From Sphagnum compactum (Eukaryota): a DNA stretch of 64,000 nucleotides. This document shows, in pieces, positions 38,043-52,179 of the stretch; position 1 is the first letter of the stretch, and each line of letters starts with the position of its first letter. The translations under genes were made by a program, and so were the position numbers. Where the stretch lies: positions 35,392,213 to 35,456,212 of the forward strand of contig OZ234493.1 of the NCBI GenBank assembly GCA_965153455.1, written 5' to 3'. The notes under the pieces were generated by a model. That model was not told the origin of the DNA. It saw only the letters and a program-made list of their open reading frames with translations, and made no database searches.

Positions 38043-41000
38043 ATATGTTGCTAACTATAAGGGCTATCTATGATCATTCTGCTTACAAAAAGGCTTCCAC
38101 TTGCACTCAGGGGAAAGTAGCACGGCTGGAGTGTATGTGTGTGCATCCAATATCTTGTGGGGGACAAGAACAAAAACTGGGTCCTCCATTATTCAAATAG
38201 ATGTAGGAACAATCCATACACTTAATTATTGTTGACACTTTTCTAGCACGTAATTATCAAATTCAGATTCATTCGCGTACTTTCATGGGTACTTTCCCTT
38301 CATCCATAATGAATTAAGACAATGCGATATCACAAATTTTGTATTCTCACTCATGTTTTTTTACTTTACTAGATTTGCAGGGTCTTTTTTCTTGTTAGCT
38401 ATTTGGCTAAATTTCACCACCAAAAATAAGCCCTGTACCTATTAGACAGTTGTTTTGATTTTCATAGCAAGCAACCATGGGTTTATTGGTAGCTCTCTGG
38501 AGGTGTATAAAGCCTCCAACACAAATGGGAGTGTTGAGAGTGAGGAGAGGGCATGTATGACATTGATCAATATGCAACATAGTATGATTAGTAGCTTTGG
38601 CACTAATTGTATTATCTTCAGAAATGTTCAAATCTTGAGATTTTATAAATTTTCAAATTAAAAAAATTGTGAGGGAAAACATTGAATCATCAAAAATATT
38701 TTACTTGTTGAAATGAAAATTTCAAAAATTAATTAATTAACATGGGTGGAAGCTGCCAATGTACTTCGGGATGTCATTAGTCATTACCAATTTTGGTATG
38801 GTATATAAGCATTCACTTGGTATAAACTAGTGTTTTTCAGTTCTTAGGAGGAATCATCGGATTTGGTTCTTAAAAATTTCAAGGGATTGATTTTGGTTTC
38901 AATTTGTTTAGGGTAGTTTCATTCTCGATTCTAGAACCTAGTTGCAAATTGGACCGATTCCAGGTACCTGTTCCATAACCTTCACTTCCAGTAACTTTCA
39001 TTTCACTCCCAACATGCAAAACAACCCAAAAACTTGAAAATTTGAAACCTAATTTCAAATTGAACCAATTTCAGGTCTGGGTTCCAAAATCAGTAATTCC
39101 AGTTCCAATATGCAAAACAACCAAAAAATTTGGAAATACCTGAAGAAAAATACAAATGATTGAAAATTTCAGTCCAATAAAAATGAAACATTTTGTCATT
39201 GATAAACTTCAAACTACATTACATATTACAAGGTCCAAACCTAAAAATGTCATGAAACAAAAATAAAAAGTTTTATTCCAATTTTTTTGCTATTACAAAG
39301 GTTTGAAAATGTCAAACCTATTTCTAAACTAGCGTATTTTAAAGCTTTAATCTATTCTAAATATCTTAAAAAGATTAACACCATTTTTTTTTGCCATTTG
39401 GTTTCATGTTTAAGGTTTCATCCAATAGTCGCACCACCTTGAAATATGGTCTTCTTAGCTTTTAATTTAACTATAACAGATTTAATTTTGCCCTATTTTT
39501 CCCTTCACTCAAAATTTATCTAAACAGCCCCAAATATGTCCCAATACTATCCTCAAAAATGATATTGCACATTTGTAGGTCTACAAGTGAGTTTTATAAT
39601 TCACATAGGTGGAAAAAAAAATGATATTGCACACTTGCAGGTTTATGAGTGGTTTTTTTCAACTCACATAAGTGACAAAACAAAATGATATTTCTCATTT
39701 GTGTGTTCTCGAGTGATTTTTTAAAATTCACGTTGATGACAAAGTATAATGATATATCACATTTGCAATCCTATAAGTGTTTTTTTAATCACAGAGATGA
39801 CCAAAGCAAGAGGATGAACAACAACATCCTTAGGAAAGCGATAATGGTTGTTGCCTAAAGAAGAGGAAAAACATTTACCAAACCACCATCGCAACAATCA
39901 TCACTAGTAGCACAACACCTCAATCTACATTGAATACTAAGTAAAAACCTACATTGCACCAATGAGTAGTTAGAGATGAAAGCTGGCTAATGTAGATTGC
40001 CTCTGCCAATAACAGTGAGATCCAGCTCTTTCAATCAAAGATTGCTGTGATGTGCAGGTCATCTAATTTTTCTTTGTATTGGAGATGGTGGTGGTGGATG
40101 GGTGGGCTGGTGGTGGGTGCATTCATTCGTCCATGCAAAGCCAAAGCCAATTTCCTTCCTCTGCTGGAAGCCTGAGGGTGTACCCATTTACTGGAGCCTG
40201 TTTCCATTCATGGTGGCAGTTCCATCCCCCTAGCCCCACCACCCTCCCTGCATGATAATTGCCAGTTAAGTCCGACCACCATTATACACATTTAACATGA
40301 TAGAATGGAGTTGTGCTTTGTGAGTTGTGACCCCCAAAAAAAGCTTGATCATAGAAACAGTACACATACTCCATGTACAATTCACACTTGGAGACTAATG
40401 GGAGGATATTATATTATATTGTATTGTATTACTTTGTTTAATCAGCATAATTATTTTCTTTTACTTTAGTATGAACTCTTTTCTAAAGTAGTGTAGTTTT
40501 GACCCCTTGAGTATTACCACCTCAGAGCATGTCATCCTCTAGTTAGTCCTGGTGAAAAAGAAAATAGTTGACTGGAAATGTACACAAAAGCCTGACAATC
40601 ACAGAGAAAATGAGAATGTCCAATTGTGTTCATGAACCACAGCTTTCAGAATCAAACATTTTTCACATGACCTAGCCAACATTTCACTTGGCTCTTGGAA
40701 TTTGGTGCAAACTCCAAGAGGCAATTGAAAGAAGTTCTTTTGGGAGCCAGACAAATTAGATCAAAGTTCATTGTCATTTTCCCCTTTTATTTGGGTCAAT
40801 TGCGCATTTTACTTCCCTCTAATGGTGTCTCTTCTGTGTCTTTCAACCCTTTGATCATCCATCCACCCACAACTCAGCTTTTTCCTCCTCCTCTACTATT
40901 ATTTGAAGTGCTGCCTGGGGTAATGGGTTGGCCATGCATGCACCCAAAAGAAGAAAGTCAGAGAAACTAGAATAGAGGCCTTGAGTCTCCACCACCCTGT

Positions 41001-44000
41001 GGGTGGTTAACTAGTGCAGCTCACAAAACTGGGACATGACATTCATGTAGTAACTACATAAATTGATGTTGATGGTTCACCTAAAAGAACTCCCCTTACC
41101 TTATTTGTTGCACTTTCAATTTGGGACAGAATATCTTCTACCCTATACTTTGACCATCCCATTTGTGTTGCCAATAATTCATTTGTGATACTTGCTCTTT
41201 GGCTGGAGATTCAAGGGGTCAACAAGCAACATCCATGGACCAGCAATAATTCACTTACGAGGCTTGCTCTTCAGCTTGAGGTCAACAAATAACAGCTATG
41301 GCCAACAACAGTTTTGGCACAGCAGGGCAAACTCATCTGCTAATGATTTTTTGTCTTCACATATTCGCTCACATCTGCACTCTTTCTGCTACCAAACCTA
41401 GGCCTCCCACAAAACACACAACTCCACCACAGGCAGGCCTACCTTGTTGGCATGCCAAAGAAAGTATCTGTAGGTACAACTAACCTACCAGTCATGGGAT
41501 CACTTCCATTCAAATGTGTGAATCCACTCAATTGGTAGTTTAAGGGGTTTTTTTTCCAAGAATACCTACCTAATATTTTAGAGCATTAGCAAATACTTAA
41601 TTTTGCTGGACATATAACCTAGTCCAAAAAAAAAACTGGATTCAATAAAGTTATGCCTAATGTCCCTGACACTGGGGCTCAGTAGCCCTCAATTTTGTTG
41701 AAATTTGAAATTGCGGACTAATTCCAAAGTGAGGGTGAAAAAAGTACAAAAGGAAAAAATAGGACTCAAGTCCTTTTTCACAGTTTCCCCAAAATTGGGG
41801 ACCAATTCAAAAGTGAGGATAAAAACATGTATAGGAGAAAAATAGGGTACTAAACTCCTTTTCTCACTGAAACTGGTCTTCAAAGGGATTTCACTCCTAT
41901 TGTTGACTTGTCTTACTTGCACTTTCCTTTCTGCACAAAGTACTCTTCATCAACTCAAACCAAATCCTTCAAATTTCTGTGAAAGTTTCTGAAGTATTAC
42001 CAAATCTCATTGAATGGCACCCTAATCACTCAATTTCTCATTTCACTCCAATTGGGGTTGATACTTGACACAAGGATTTGAGGGTCAAACTAGGGCTGAA
42101 ACACAAGAGGACTTGGAGAAATTTTAACGTGTCAAGCCTCATCGAACTTATATGAAAGAAAATTTGAGAAATTCTCTAAATTTCTCTAAGCTAATGATTT
42201 TGGGGAACAAGGCTACCACCGCCTGTGGCGACCACCTCCCTAAAGGCCTACATCACATCGTGAATTAGATACTGGTCCCTGTCTTATTTGAGGCAATAAA
42301 GTATTGGCGAGTAAAGACAATAAAGGATTGGCCAGTAAAGACCTCTGCGTGCGGCGAGGAAATCAAAACAGAAAACAAAAACAAAAAACAAGAAAAACAA
42401 AAGTGCACAAGTAGTGTGCAAGAACCATGTCTGTAAATAGCTAGCTATTTACACATTTAAGGGTTCGCTCTCTCAAAATAACGAAGAAAACAAATTCCGA
42501 CCACCAAATCCCATTGGCCCGAGACAAAAATCTTCTTCAGGCTTACTACACATAACCCTATTTTGCTGAACATTGAAAAAATGGTCTCTTCCTACCATTT
42601 CCATTGGTCCTCTCAAATTCTTAGAAGTGAGAAAGAGTTGAAAAGATAAGTAAAAGAAAAAAGAGTCAAAAGAAAAGAAGATGTAAAAGAAAAAATCACA
42701 ACTGTACCTTTTGAAATCCAGAATTCAATTCACATTTGATGTCAAAAACATTGCAATTTTTATTTCTGAATCTTTCAAAAAATCTCCAAAATATTGAAAG
42801 AGCTGAATGTATTTGGCTTATGTGCCATTAAAATGTATGAAGTTGAAAAAACTAAACTAGGCTTGTGATGCTAACAAACAAAAGTTACAAATTGTATGCA
42901 CTTCCAAATTGCATGAAATCAAATGTCCAAGCTATGAAACTAGAATAGTATGAAATCAAGTGTCCAAACTATGAAATTACAACATTAAAAAAAAAAGAAC
43001 CCAAGCACTAGTGAAAAGCTGAATCTGAAATCCAAGCTCAAATCAAGCTCAATTTGAAAATCAAATGAATTTGAAATCTAAAATGTTGATGATCAAAGTT
43101 AAATGAAAAAAAATCATATTGCAGTCTTGTCCACCATGTCTACTACCAAACCGGGAATTATCTTTGGATCAACAAGGAGTTGATTATAGTGGGGCAATTC
43201 TAAGATGAAGATGTGCCTAGAAGATGTGCTCATGTTCAAAACTTCAAGCGATTGTTGATTGTGAATCACATCTAACCTTTGCTTGCACTTTGGAAGCTCC
43301 ACATCAAATAACTTGTTTCAAAAAATTTCATCAACATCAATAGGTTCCTTACTTGGTTTTGGAGCTACTCCATCATCCTTTCTTGAAGAGCACCAATAGA
43401 ATTAGCTACATGCGATCTTTTTGGACCAAGATCACCATTAACTACAATAATAATAGATTTTTGTTGGGTAGAAACAACATTAGTACCATTAACATTGTCA
43501 TTAGTTACACCACCTCCTCCATCGGTAGGAACAAGTGAATTAACAAATATTGGATCAACTAGATCTTGATTTTGTACATCATGAACAAAATAAAATAAAA
43601 CCAAAAAACAACAAAAAAAGGAAAAACCAGAAGTCCTATAAAACAAAAACACATCACCAATAGATTCATAAGTCACAAATCAGACTATCAATAATTAGCA
43701 GTAATGCATTCACATCAACAATGAGATGTAATAGATGTGAAGAAACATGAAAATCTCATGGGCAAAAAATATGAATTAATAGAAACCAAATTAATGTGGT
43801 TAATTTAAAATGAACTTGTAGCAAAAGAAAGAAAGGAATCAAAAAGCCAAAAAAGAAAGAAACTAAAAACCTACAAACAAAAAAATAGACAAATAATAAA
43901 TGCCTTCATCTTGTCAAATGCCTCCTTCTATTCATTGAAATTTTCAATGTATAGAAGAAGACTACCTTTCAATTCATCGAATATGATATGTTGCACAAAG

Positions 44001-46910
44001 TTTTGTCCTTCATATGTTTATCAATTTAGTTATATTTACAACATTAGAAACCAAAAAGACATGAAAACCTTGAATGAAAGCACAAATTGAAAATAAAAAC
44101 AAAAAAATAAAACTCTAAACAATATAGAAAAAAAGAAAATTAAAAAAAAAGGAAGGCAAAAGAATTGATTTCACGTAAGATATAAAATCTCAGTGAGTCA
44201 TCAATTCCATACCATAATTTCATGAAAATGAAAACTTCCTCCAATGAGTTACTCCAACCCCTTGGTTATTTTCGTTTAGCAATTTTTTTTTCAAAATAAA
44301 AAAGTTAGAAGTTAGACTATCAATAATTAATAATAATTAATTGTCGGCATCTAAGGATGTAGTGAACCATGATCATCATTTTTTTTCATTTAGGTTTGTG
44401 GCATATGAACATCAGGCAAAGACTTGATTTACCATTAGGCCAAATAATCTAACATTAGTAGGCCAATTCTTTGAAGGTTGCAATGACATCATCCATAAGG
44501 CAATCAATGCGAGGTCTATGTAAAACACTTCATAATATCAATCTTTCAATTTTTAAAGAAACACTTTCACAAGATCTCAAAATTAACCCAAAGGCACCTA
44601 CACCAAAGAATAGTTTTTTAATCAACACTTTTGAATTTAAAACACCCCTTCATAAGAAAATTCATCATGCAAAAATAACCAAATTTCAAATTAAGACCAA
44701 CAAGAAACGTTAGTTGACAAATTGGTTGTGTTAACATTTTCCATTTTTATTGAATAAAAAGAACATCAAACTTTTTAATATTTTTTAGAAAATCAATATC
44801 AGAAGCACAAAAAATAGCTTCATTGCTTGTTATTGTCACCCAATGGTACTTCAAGTTGGTAAATATGTTAAAAAGAACTATCGATTTTCACAACTTATTG
44901 ATTCCGCTTCAATCTATTAACCCTTCTAATACCTATAATCAAGGATTCGATGTTGTGAATCACAATTTAAAAAATAGAAAAAAAAACTAATAATAAAATA
45001 ATGAAATGTGAACTTATTAGATGAAATAGTAAAATAAAAAATTACAAAAAAAACAACAAAAAAAAACAATATGATGAAAAAATAAAATAACAAATTTTTA
45101 CTTGGTTGGAGGGCATAGACTACTAGATAATTTTTTGCAACTTGAAAAATAATAAAAAACAACATATCCACAAGCCCCACTATAATGTCTTCATTTTCAG
45201 ACAAATTTGCAATGGACTTTTCTATATCATAACTTCAAAACTTTCTCCATTTGTTCAACACATTTTTCACCTTCAACTATGCATGTTTGTTGGCTTTTCA
45301 TTCTCCTTTGTTGACATTATCTAACTGTTTCATCAATTTCAATTCAAGAATTCAAAATTAAAAAAAACATCAATAGTAGGAAAGTCGTAGTTAAAGACAG
45401 TAACAATAGTGTGATTTGACGTAGAAATAGAAAAGACATTGAGAAAGAAATTCATTACCCAAACCATCAAAGTTTCTAATAGTCTAAGGCATTGAATGGT
45501 TGTAATAGTTTGGAAAAAAAAAGGATCAACATTTGTTTTAGAAAATTGAGTAGATTAACAAACTTAGGCAGTTGTAAGTAAATGTCAATCCATCATCAGA
45601 CCCCAAGAGACCACCACCTATAGAATTACAAAGAAGTGTGCATGGTGTAATAGGGACAAATCCAAAAACCTTGACATCAAAGAAAGGGTTGGGTTGGGTA
45701 GATGATAATGCATGGATAACATGATCTTGGATAATTGAATTTAAACAAGGCCCACTATAGAGCTTCTTGGAAGTTGGTTCATCTACATGCAACATTGATA
45801 AATCGAAGATTCTACAAAACAAAAATATATATATTTACAAGTTACAATGTCTTGGAAAAGAAAAGGAAAAAACAATGTTGCCTCATGCTAGCATAGCCAT
45901 AGCAAGAAAAAACAATGATATTGCAATAACAATATGATGTAAACAACAAAAAAAGATTGTCAAAGACGATGGTAGCTTTGATTATATGACACACTTACAA
46001 AAGAAACATAATGATTAATAAACATTGTAAGAAACAAGAAAAAAAAGACACTCAAATGGAGAATGCAAAACCCTATTTCATAAGCACACAAAATTTAAAA
46101 ATCAAAAGATTGTTAAAATCTTTTGACAACAACAAAAAGGAACTTGGAAGAAGATAGTTGGAGATGATGACTTCAACAAAGCCATGTATTTGCAAAAGTA
46201 AACATGGAACAAAAGAAATTTAAAATCTAAATATCATCACAATTTTCCAACAACACAAAAAAACAAAACATTGCTAACACAACCTTAGCAAGAGATGATG
46301 ACAATATTGAAAAAATAGGAATAAGGAGAACACAAAAGAAAATTGTTAGAGATGGTAAAGCTTTGACCATGCACTTGCAAAACAAACATAAAAAACAAAA
46401 CAACAAAAACAAGCACATGTCAAATCGCTACAAGAAACATGAAAAAGAATAAAAAGCTTTATTACACAATGCATAAACACAAAAACAAAGATTAAAAAAA
46501 AATCATGATGATATTTCAACAATGCTGAAAAAGAAGAATTTAATCAAAGATGATGGTGACTTTTCAATGTCAATGGCAAAAAAAACAAAACAAAACAAAA
46601 CGAACAACAATTAGCAACCCAAAAAAAAAATAGAGGAAAGAGAGGGGAAAAGAGGGGAATGGAGAAAGGGAAGAAGCATAATAAGCATAAGAAAGGAGTA
46701 GGAGAGGAAGACGCATGAGAGAAGGAGAAAAGAAAGAAGACGAGGAAGATGGGAAAAAGGAGAAGAAGATGGAAGCCACTCCAAAATTTTTTAAAGACTA
46801 ACCTAAACATCTCCACCGTTTGCTAACCATCACCATTTGTTTTAGGGTAAGCTTTAGGGCGAAAAGAGAGTGAAAGGAAGTTGTAAAAAAAAACCGAAAG
46901 TTTCTTTACA

Positions 46911-47025
46911 TAGGTGAAGTGTCTGAGAATAGACCCTTCCAGATTTTCTGCGGCTCCCCTTGGCCTACCAGCCTTGGGACCTTGACCTCAAATCTGAAAG
47001 GGTCTATTCTCAGACCCTTCTCCTA
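46911..47025. mobile_element. 115-bp hairpin / TA-flanked MITE-like element
   Basis: 36-bp arms (46911-46946 vs 46990-47025) with 3 mismatches, 43-nt spacer, TA at both ends. Confidence 0.7.
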
Positions 47026-47705
47026 TACAGATAGGGTTTTTAACTAAACAGTAGGAAAATGCGATTCCTGATTTCGATCCTTGAACCGCGTGACTAACTT
47101 AGCCGGTGAGTAGTACCTACGTAACCAGCCCGCTTGTTTACGGAACGCTTATGAAACCGACTGCCCGGTCTATAACGGCCCACGCCAGAGCTTAGAAGTG
47201 CAGGCGGTTAAGGAAGGGCTAGGTCGGGCGCCCACGCTTGTAAGTAGCCGTGGCGGAAAGTAACCGCCGTACGTCCAAACCGCATGTGAGACGACAGTGC
47301 TACCGACCGCACTTCACACGACAGCCGGCGACCGCGAGACTTGGGATTATTTTGGAACCGTCCGGCGGACACGTGAGTGAGCGACCGATGGACGGTGGCC
47401 GGCAAGCGTCAATAAATGGGAGCTTCTCGTCTTCCTGCAGTATCGTTCGCCTCGTACCCCTCGTCTTCTCGCAATCTCCGCTCTGTTGCAGACTGCTCTT
47501 GCAAAGGCTCTCTCTCGGTGCTATCCGCTTCTTGCCCTGCTCAAGCTTTGCGCCCAGTTTTCGGTGAAGAAGAAGAAGCGTTTTCTTTGGTTTTCTCACA
47601 GTGTGGTAAAGCGCCGCCTGTGTGTGTGTGTGTGTGTGCTCATTTTAGTCATCTGTTTCCAAGAACCCTCTCTCTCAGGGTCCCAGAAAGCTCTCGCAAG
47701 AAGAA

Positions 47706-47909
47706 ATGGCCTCCAAGACTAGCGCAGTCGCAGCCGTAATGGTGATGATGGCCATTGCGCTGATCATGCAGTGCAATGTGGCGATGGCGGCGGTGGATCC
47801 GCCCAGCCCTGCGCCGGCTTCAGGAAGCGCGTCCAGCTATCAGGCTTCTTTGGTGGCCGGATTGGTCGTAAGTGCGTTTTCTTTCGTCGTCGGATTCGCT
47901 TGGTTATAA
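47706..47909 (+). CDS. Arabinogalactan peptide (AG-peptide), secreted and probably GPI-anchored
   Basis: 67-aa ORF with an N-terminal signal peptide (MASKTSAVAAVMVMMAIALIMQCNVAMA), a short PPSPAPAS glycomodule core, a small-residue omega region (ASGS) and a hydrophobic C-terminal tail. It sits in a GC-rich island with AGAAATGG start context. Confidence 0.88.
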   Translation: MASKTSAVAAVMVMMAIALIMQCNVAMAAVDPPSPAPASGSASSYQASLVAGLVVSAFSFVVGFAWL

Positions 47910-50900
47910 GATGCAGATGGTTGTGAGGCTTTGACAATGGAGATTGCATACAGTTTGGAACTGATGCGGTCGAAGCAGAAGGTGATGATGGAAGTGGTTG
48001 TGCAAAGGGAGTTTGAGGTTGAGATTCGAGAAGCATTGGGGGAGTTTGTTTCTTTTGTTTGTTATTTCATATACTGGCGACAGGTGAGAACGAGAGCTAC
48101 GACCGCCACGGGCTTGTTTGCCCTTGCTTGATGTCGAATACAGAAGGGGGAAAGCAGAGGGGAAGTTACGAGAAGGGTGTTTTTAGATCTGTTCGGAAGA
48201 CGGTCGGCTTTGGAATAAGGTGCTTGGCCTGCTGGCTGGTTCTTGGACTCTGCGTTTTCATTTATCTGCGTCTTCTTCAACGGAGACAAGGACGATTACA
48301 ACGTACACTTGGAACAAGTTCGCTCTGTTCTTCTTTAGAGGTTGCTTTCTCGGGATGCCTTCACGCGGACGGATTGTTACACTGAGCTTCTACTGCGACT
48401 GTAGTAGAAGCCTGAAAGTTTAAGTGTCGGTTTCTGATCTCGTTCATGGCAGTCAGTTTGCGTAGTCGGTAGATCTACAGTATTCCATTCATTGTGTACA
48501 GATTTTTGTGAGCAAGAGGTATACATCGTGCACCACAATGTGCTTGTGATAACACTTTTAATAAGCCATTCTTTTGCAGCCATGTATTGAACGGCTGACC
48601 TCCCCCCCCTTTACGTTTCATGAATGCACATGCTTCTTTTCTTCTCTTCACCTTGTGCTTTCTGTGTGGTGAATGTTGCTGTTATCAGAATATGTGCAAA
48701 CTGTAACTGTCCCCGACTTGTGCTTGTAGGGACCAGGAGATAGACTATCGTTCCTGTGTCCCATTTTTTTTGGCCAGAAGTCTTGACATCGATCGGGATT
48801 GGCCTCATGAGAAGACTCGGCATAAATTCTTGATCGGCATCTTTCCTTTGTGATCTCACCTCAGTGAAATAGTTTTTCTCTCTTTATGTTAGTTACATAT
48901 TAACATGGACATGTTAGTATGGACATTGTCGTCGAGTCCACGGACTTGTCTTCTTGTATTGCGTTAATAGCATCTTACAGGAATACTACAATGGCGGCTT
49001 AGGAAAGACAGGCCTATGCTGTTCTGGTTCGAGAGGGGAAGAAAAGCTACAAGCTCCTCTTGATCAGGTACTTTCTTGAATCACAACTTTGATGTATCTC
49101 CTTTAATGGTAAAGAAAATGGGTGTCACAGAACTGCTTTGCTGTGCTCGCAGGCTATGCTTGTTATTCTGTAGATTTATTTTTTCAGTTTTACAAAAGCG
49201 GCATGGAAAAAGCATCCTTTACATGTACTCCTTTCATTGAAGCATATTCAAGAACTTTGTTCAGTCTCGTTCAACAGAGTCTAACAGTTTTGTTGACAGT
49301 TGGGCATGGCAGGAAATATTAGCAGCAGCTGCTGCTGAAACGGGAAAATCCCATACAGCAGAGACTTTCTTGCTACCAGTCACGTTCTTTCGTTCTCCAA
49401 TATTTCTATCATTGGGCAACTCATGATTAATGCTTGGCAGCTTGACTAGAGAAATAGGGTGATTGGGTTTTATTTTCTTCTTCTCTTGATCGCTACTCCA
49501 GATGACACACCTAGAGATTCTCAACCTGAGGTAATTCTTTTCCTTTCCATTGTGGGTATTATCGCCAGGGGAGAAACTTGTCTACTGCTCTGACTATCAT
49601 CACATCATCACTTGAAAATGTGAAAGTCGGCCACCAACTGCAATGTTTCTGCCCCAATGAAGCACTCAAATTGATCTGTAGCATATGTTCCAATGTCCCA
49701 TCTCTTCATTTAGTTGTTCAGCTGCCTTCAGTTACTCCATGCACGATTGTAAAGCCAAAAAGGTCATCACTCAAAAAACGTGCCAAATTACAAAGTAAAT
49801 TTGCCAATGTGGTAGGATAAGTTAAACTTGCAACGTTTTGTCAGAAACCGAGATATCTGTTTCTTCCAAAAGCGGCCACTGCTCTTTCAAAAGCTAGACC
49901 TTCTTCCTCACGAAAGTTGCTGACCACCCCTGCATTCAAGCTCCAATTGCAACTTTGCAAAGATAGAAACAATGATAGTAACTCAAAACACAAATATGCT
50001 AGCAGGAACAGGAAACGCAAGCAGAAGTATACAGAATCGGAAGAACAATTCACTCGACTCAACATCAAACACCTCCAAATCCATCCACAGGACCTTTTCA
50101 ATATGCACTAAGATGCAGCATCTTGCAAACTGTGCCAGGGTATTATATGATATATGGGAATCAGTCCCCATTTGTGGGCGCATTGGGTTTGTTGTTAGAT
50201 ATGTTTTGAAGGAAACACAAATGCAGTAGTTTGGTCATCACCCACATGAAAATATGAAATTTGATGACACCCAACAATTCAGCTCCAAAACTGAGTCAGT
50301 GAGTGGTCTGTATCTTACACAGTTGGTGAAATGGCTGACAATTAGAAAAGACCACCTGCACTGCTGCTTATCATTGGAGAGGCGTGAGCTCGTGGTTTTG
50401 ATAAAAGCCGACATCAACAGAAATCCGTTGTCCATGTGCATTGTGCAGTGCCCAGCTGTATTAAATTCCACTTTAAATAAGTGTACCCCATTCCAGAAAA
50501 ATAGGTTGGTGAAGTACGAAGCCAGATTGTATGAGTCCCCCAACCCCATGTTACTGAGTCTCCAACTCCATCTGGCAAGAATCCAGCGTGTACACAGTCA
50601 ACGTGAAGTACCCCTTTAGAAATATGGTGATTTTCTAGGGTAAACTGGCCCATCACCGATTGCCTGCCTATGACCGAACACTTTGGCAGACCTGTTTCAA
50701 TTCTTCTCTGTTTTGAGTGATTTTAAATGTTATAGGAGCGCCTTCTCAAGCTCTACAAATCGTCTTTGAAATGCAAAGCCAAAGGAGCAGCTCAAAAAGA
50801 GCAGTAAAGAAAATACATTTTTTCAAATCGCCCAATGTTTTTTTTTCATTTTGACTCCTCCTACTTTTGAACCTCATAACTTTCTTATTTCTTGTTCGTT

Positions 50901-52179
50901 TTAAACGATCTAAAATGCTACAGGAGCGTGAATTGAAGTTTTACAAATCATCTTGGAATTCTAAGAACAACAGAGCAACATACAAGGAATTCTTTGAGAA
51001 TTCTTTGGGTGATCGGGAACTGGCCTTGGTAATGTTTGGTGATTTGATTTTTTGAGTTCATGACCCTCTCTACTTTGGGGGGTCGTAACTTTCTCAATTC
51101 CATTTCATTTTTGACGATTTTTAATGCGCTAGATGCACCAATAAGAGGGGATTAAGTTTTGTTTGGACATAATGAGCAAAAGCTTAAGCCACTTAGAACC
51201 ACCCATCAGGATATCGTGAAGAGGATATCCTGTGCTATAACAGCAGGTACCACCACTGCAATGGCATGTACAGTCTTTCCTTTGGATAAAGTACAGCCTT
51301 CAAAATAGTCTTTTTTTTTTCACTTTTATACTGTAGCAACATGGCAAGTATCCCCAGACATATATTTAGACAGATTTCGCCTTAACTGGCGACACTTTTG
51401 TACAGGATCGTTAAAATTGTAGCCAATAAACAGACTGGGGGCAACACGCCCTCCAAAATAGGCGGAAGTTACGCGAATTATTTTTGAGAAAAGGAGGAAT
51501 TTTTGCCAGAAATGTGGGGCCAGTGTCCCCATTTGCGGATTTTTCGCCCAAAAAAACTGACTTCTTCAAATAGCCTTCAAATTTGGACTAGTGTTGGCCT
51601 GTTCTTAGTTTTTTGTAATACCCAACCAGGAAGGTTCTTTTATTTTTTTATTATAAAACGGGCTTACTTGGTATTACATCTTAAATTGTATTCGTATTAC
51701 ATCAAATGTGGCATTTTTGTATGGAATTTTGTGTGATCAATGATATTGATACAAATTAACAAATTCTATTGATATTGACAAGTCTCTCAATCTTTTTAAA
51801 TATATGTCACTTATCAATTGTATATTTTTTTCCAATTTGTAAGCTTTAAAGGCATTATGATTTTCTTACAAGAACAAACCACCTTGAAGTGAAACAAGAG
51901 CACATATAAGAAGAAGGCATTGTGTTTTTTTTCGTTTAACTTTTGTTTATTAATGTGGCAGGGAAACCAAAATTATAAATGTTTTGACATCACAAAATGA
52001 TTCAAAATTATATGTGATATATGATGTATGCATGGTATATACAAATATTTTAGATTTTGACTATTGAATCAAAATTAAAATGGTTGTAAATTATTTCATA
52101 TATAGGTGCATTGTCACAATTAGAACGTAATTTCTTTGTAACCATTATTTAGGTTTGTAGATTTTATGGTTTCAATATT

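Noticed and set aside
47050-47110. tRNA-like sequence on the minus strand (GGATCGAAAT then TTTT)
   Set aside because: No cloverleaf or acceptor stem can be built.
47208-48423. Multiple overlapping ORFs around the AG-peptide gene
   Set aside because: By-products of GC-rich promoter and UTR sequence; no protein-like motifs.
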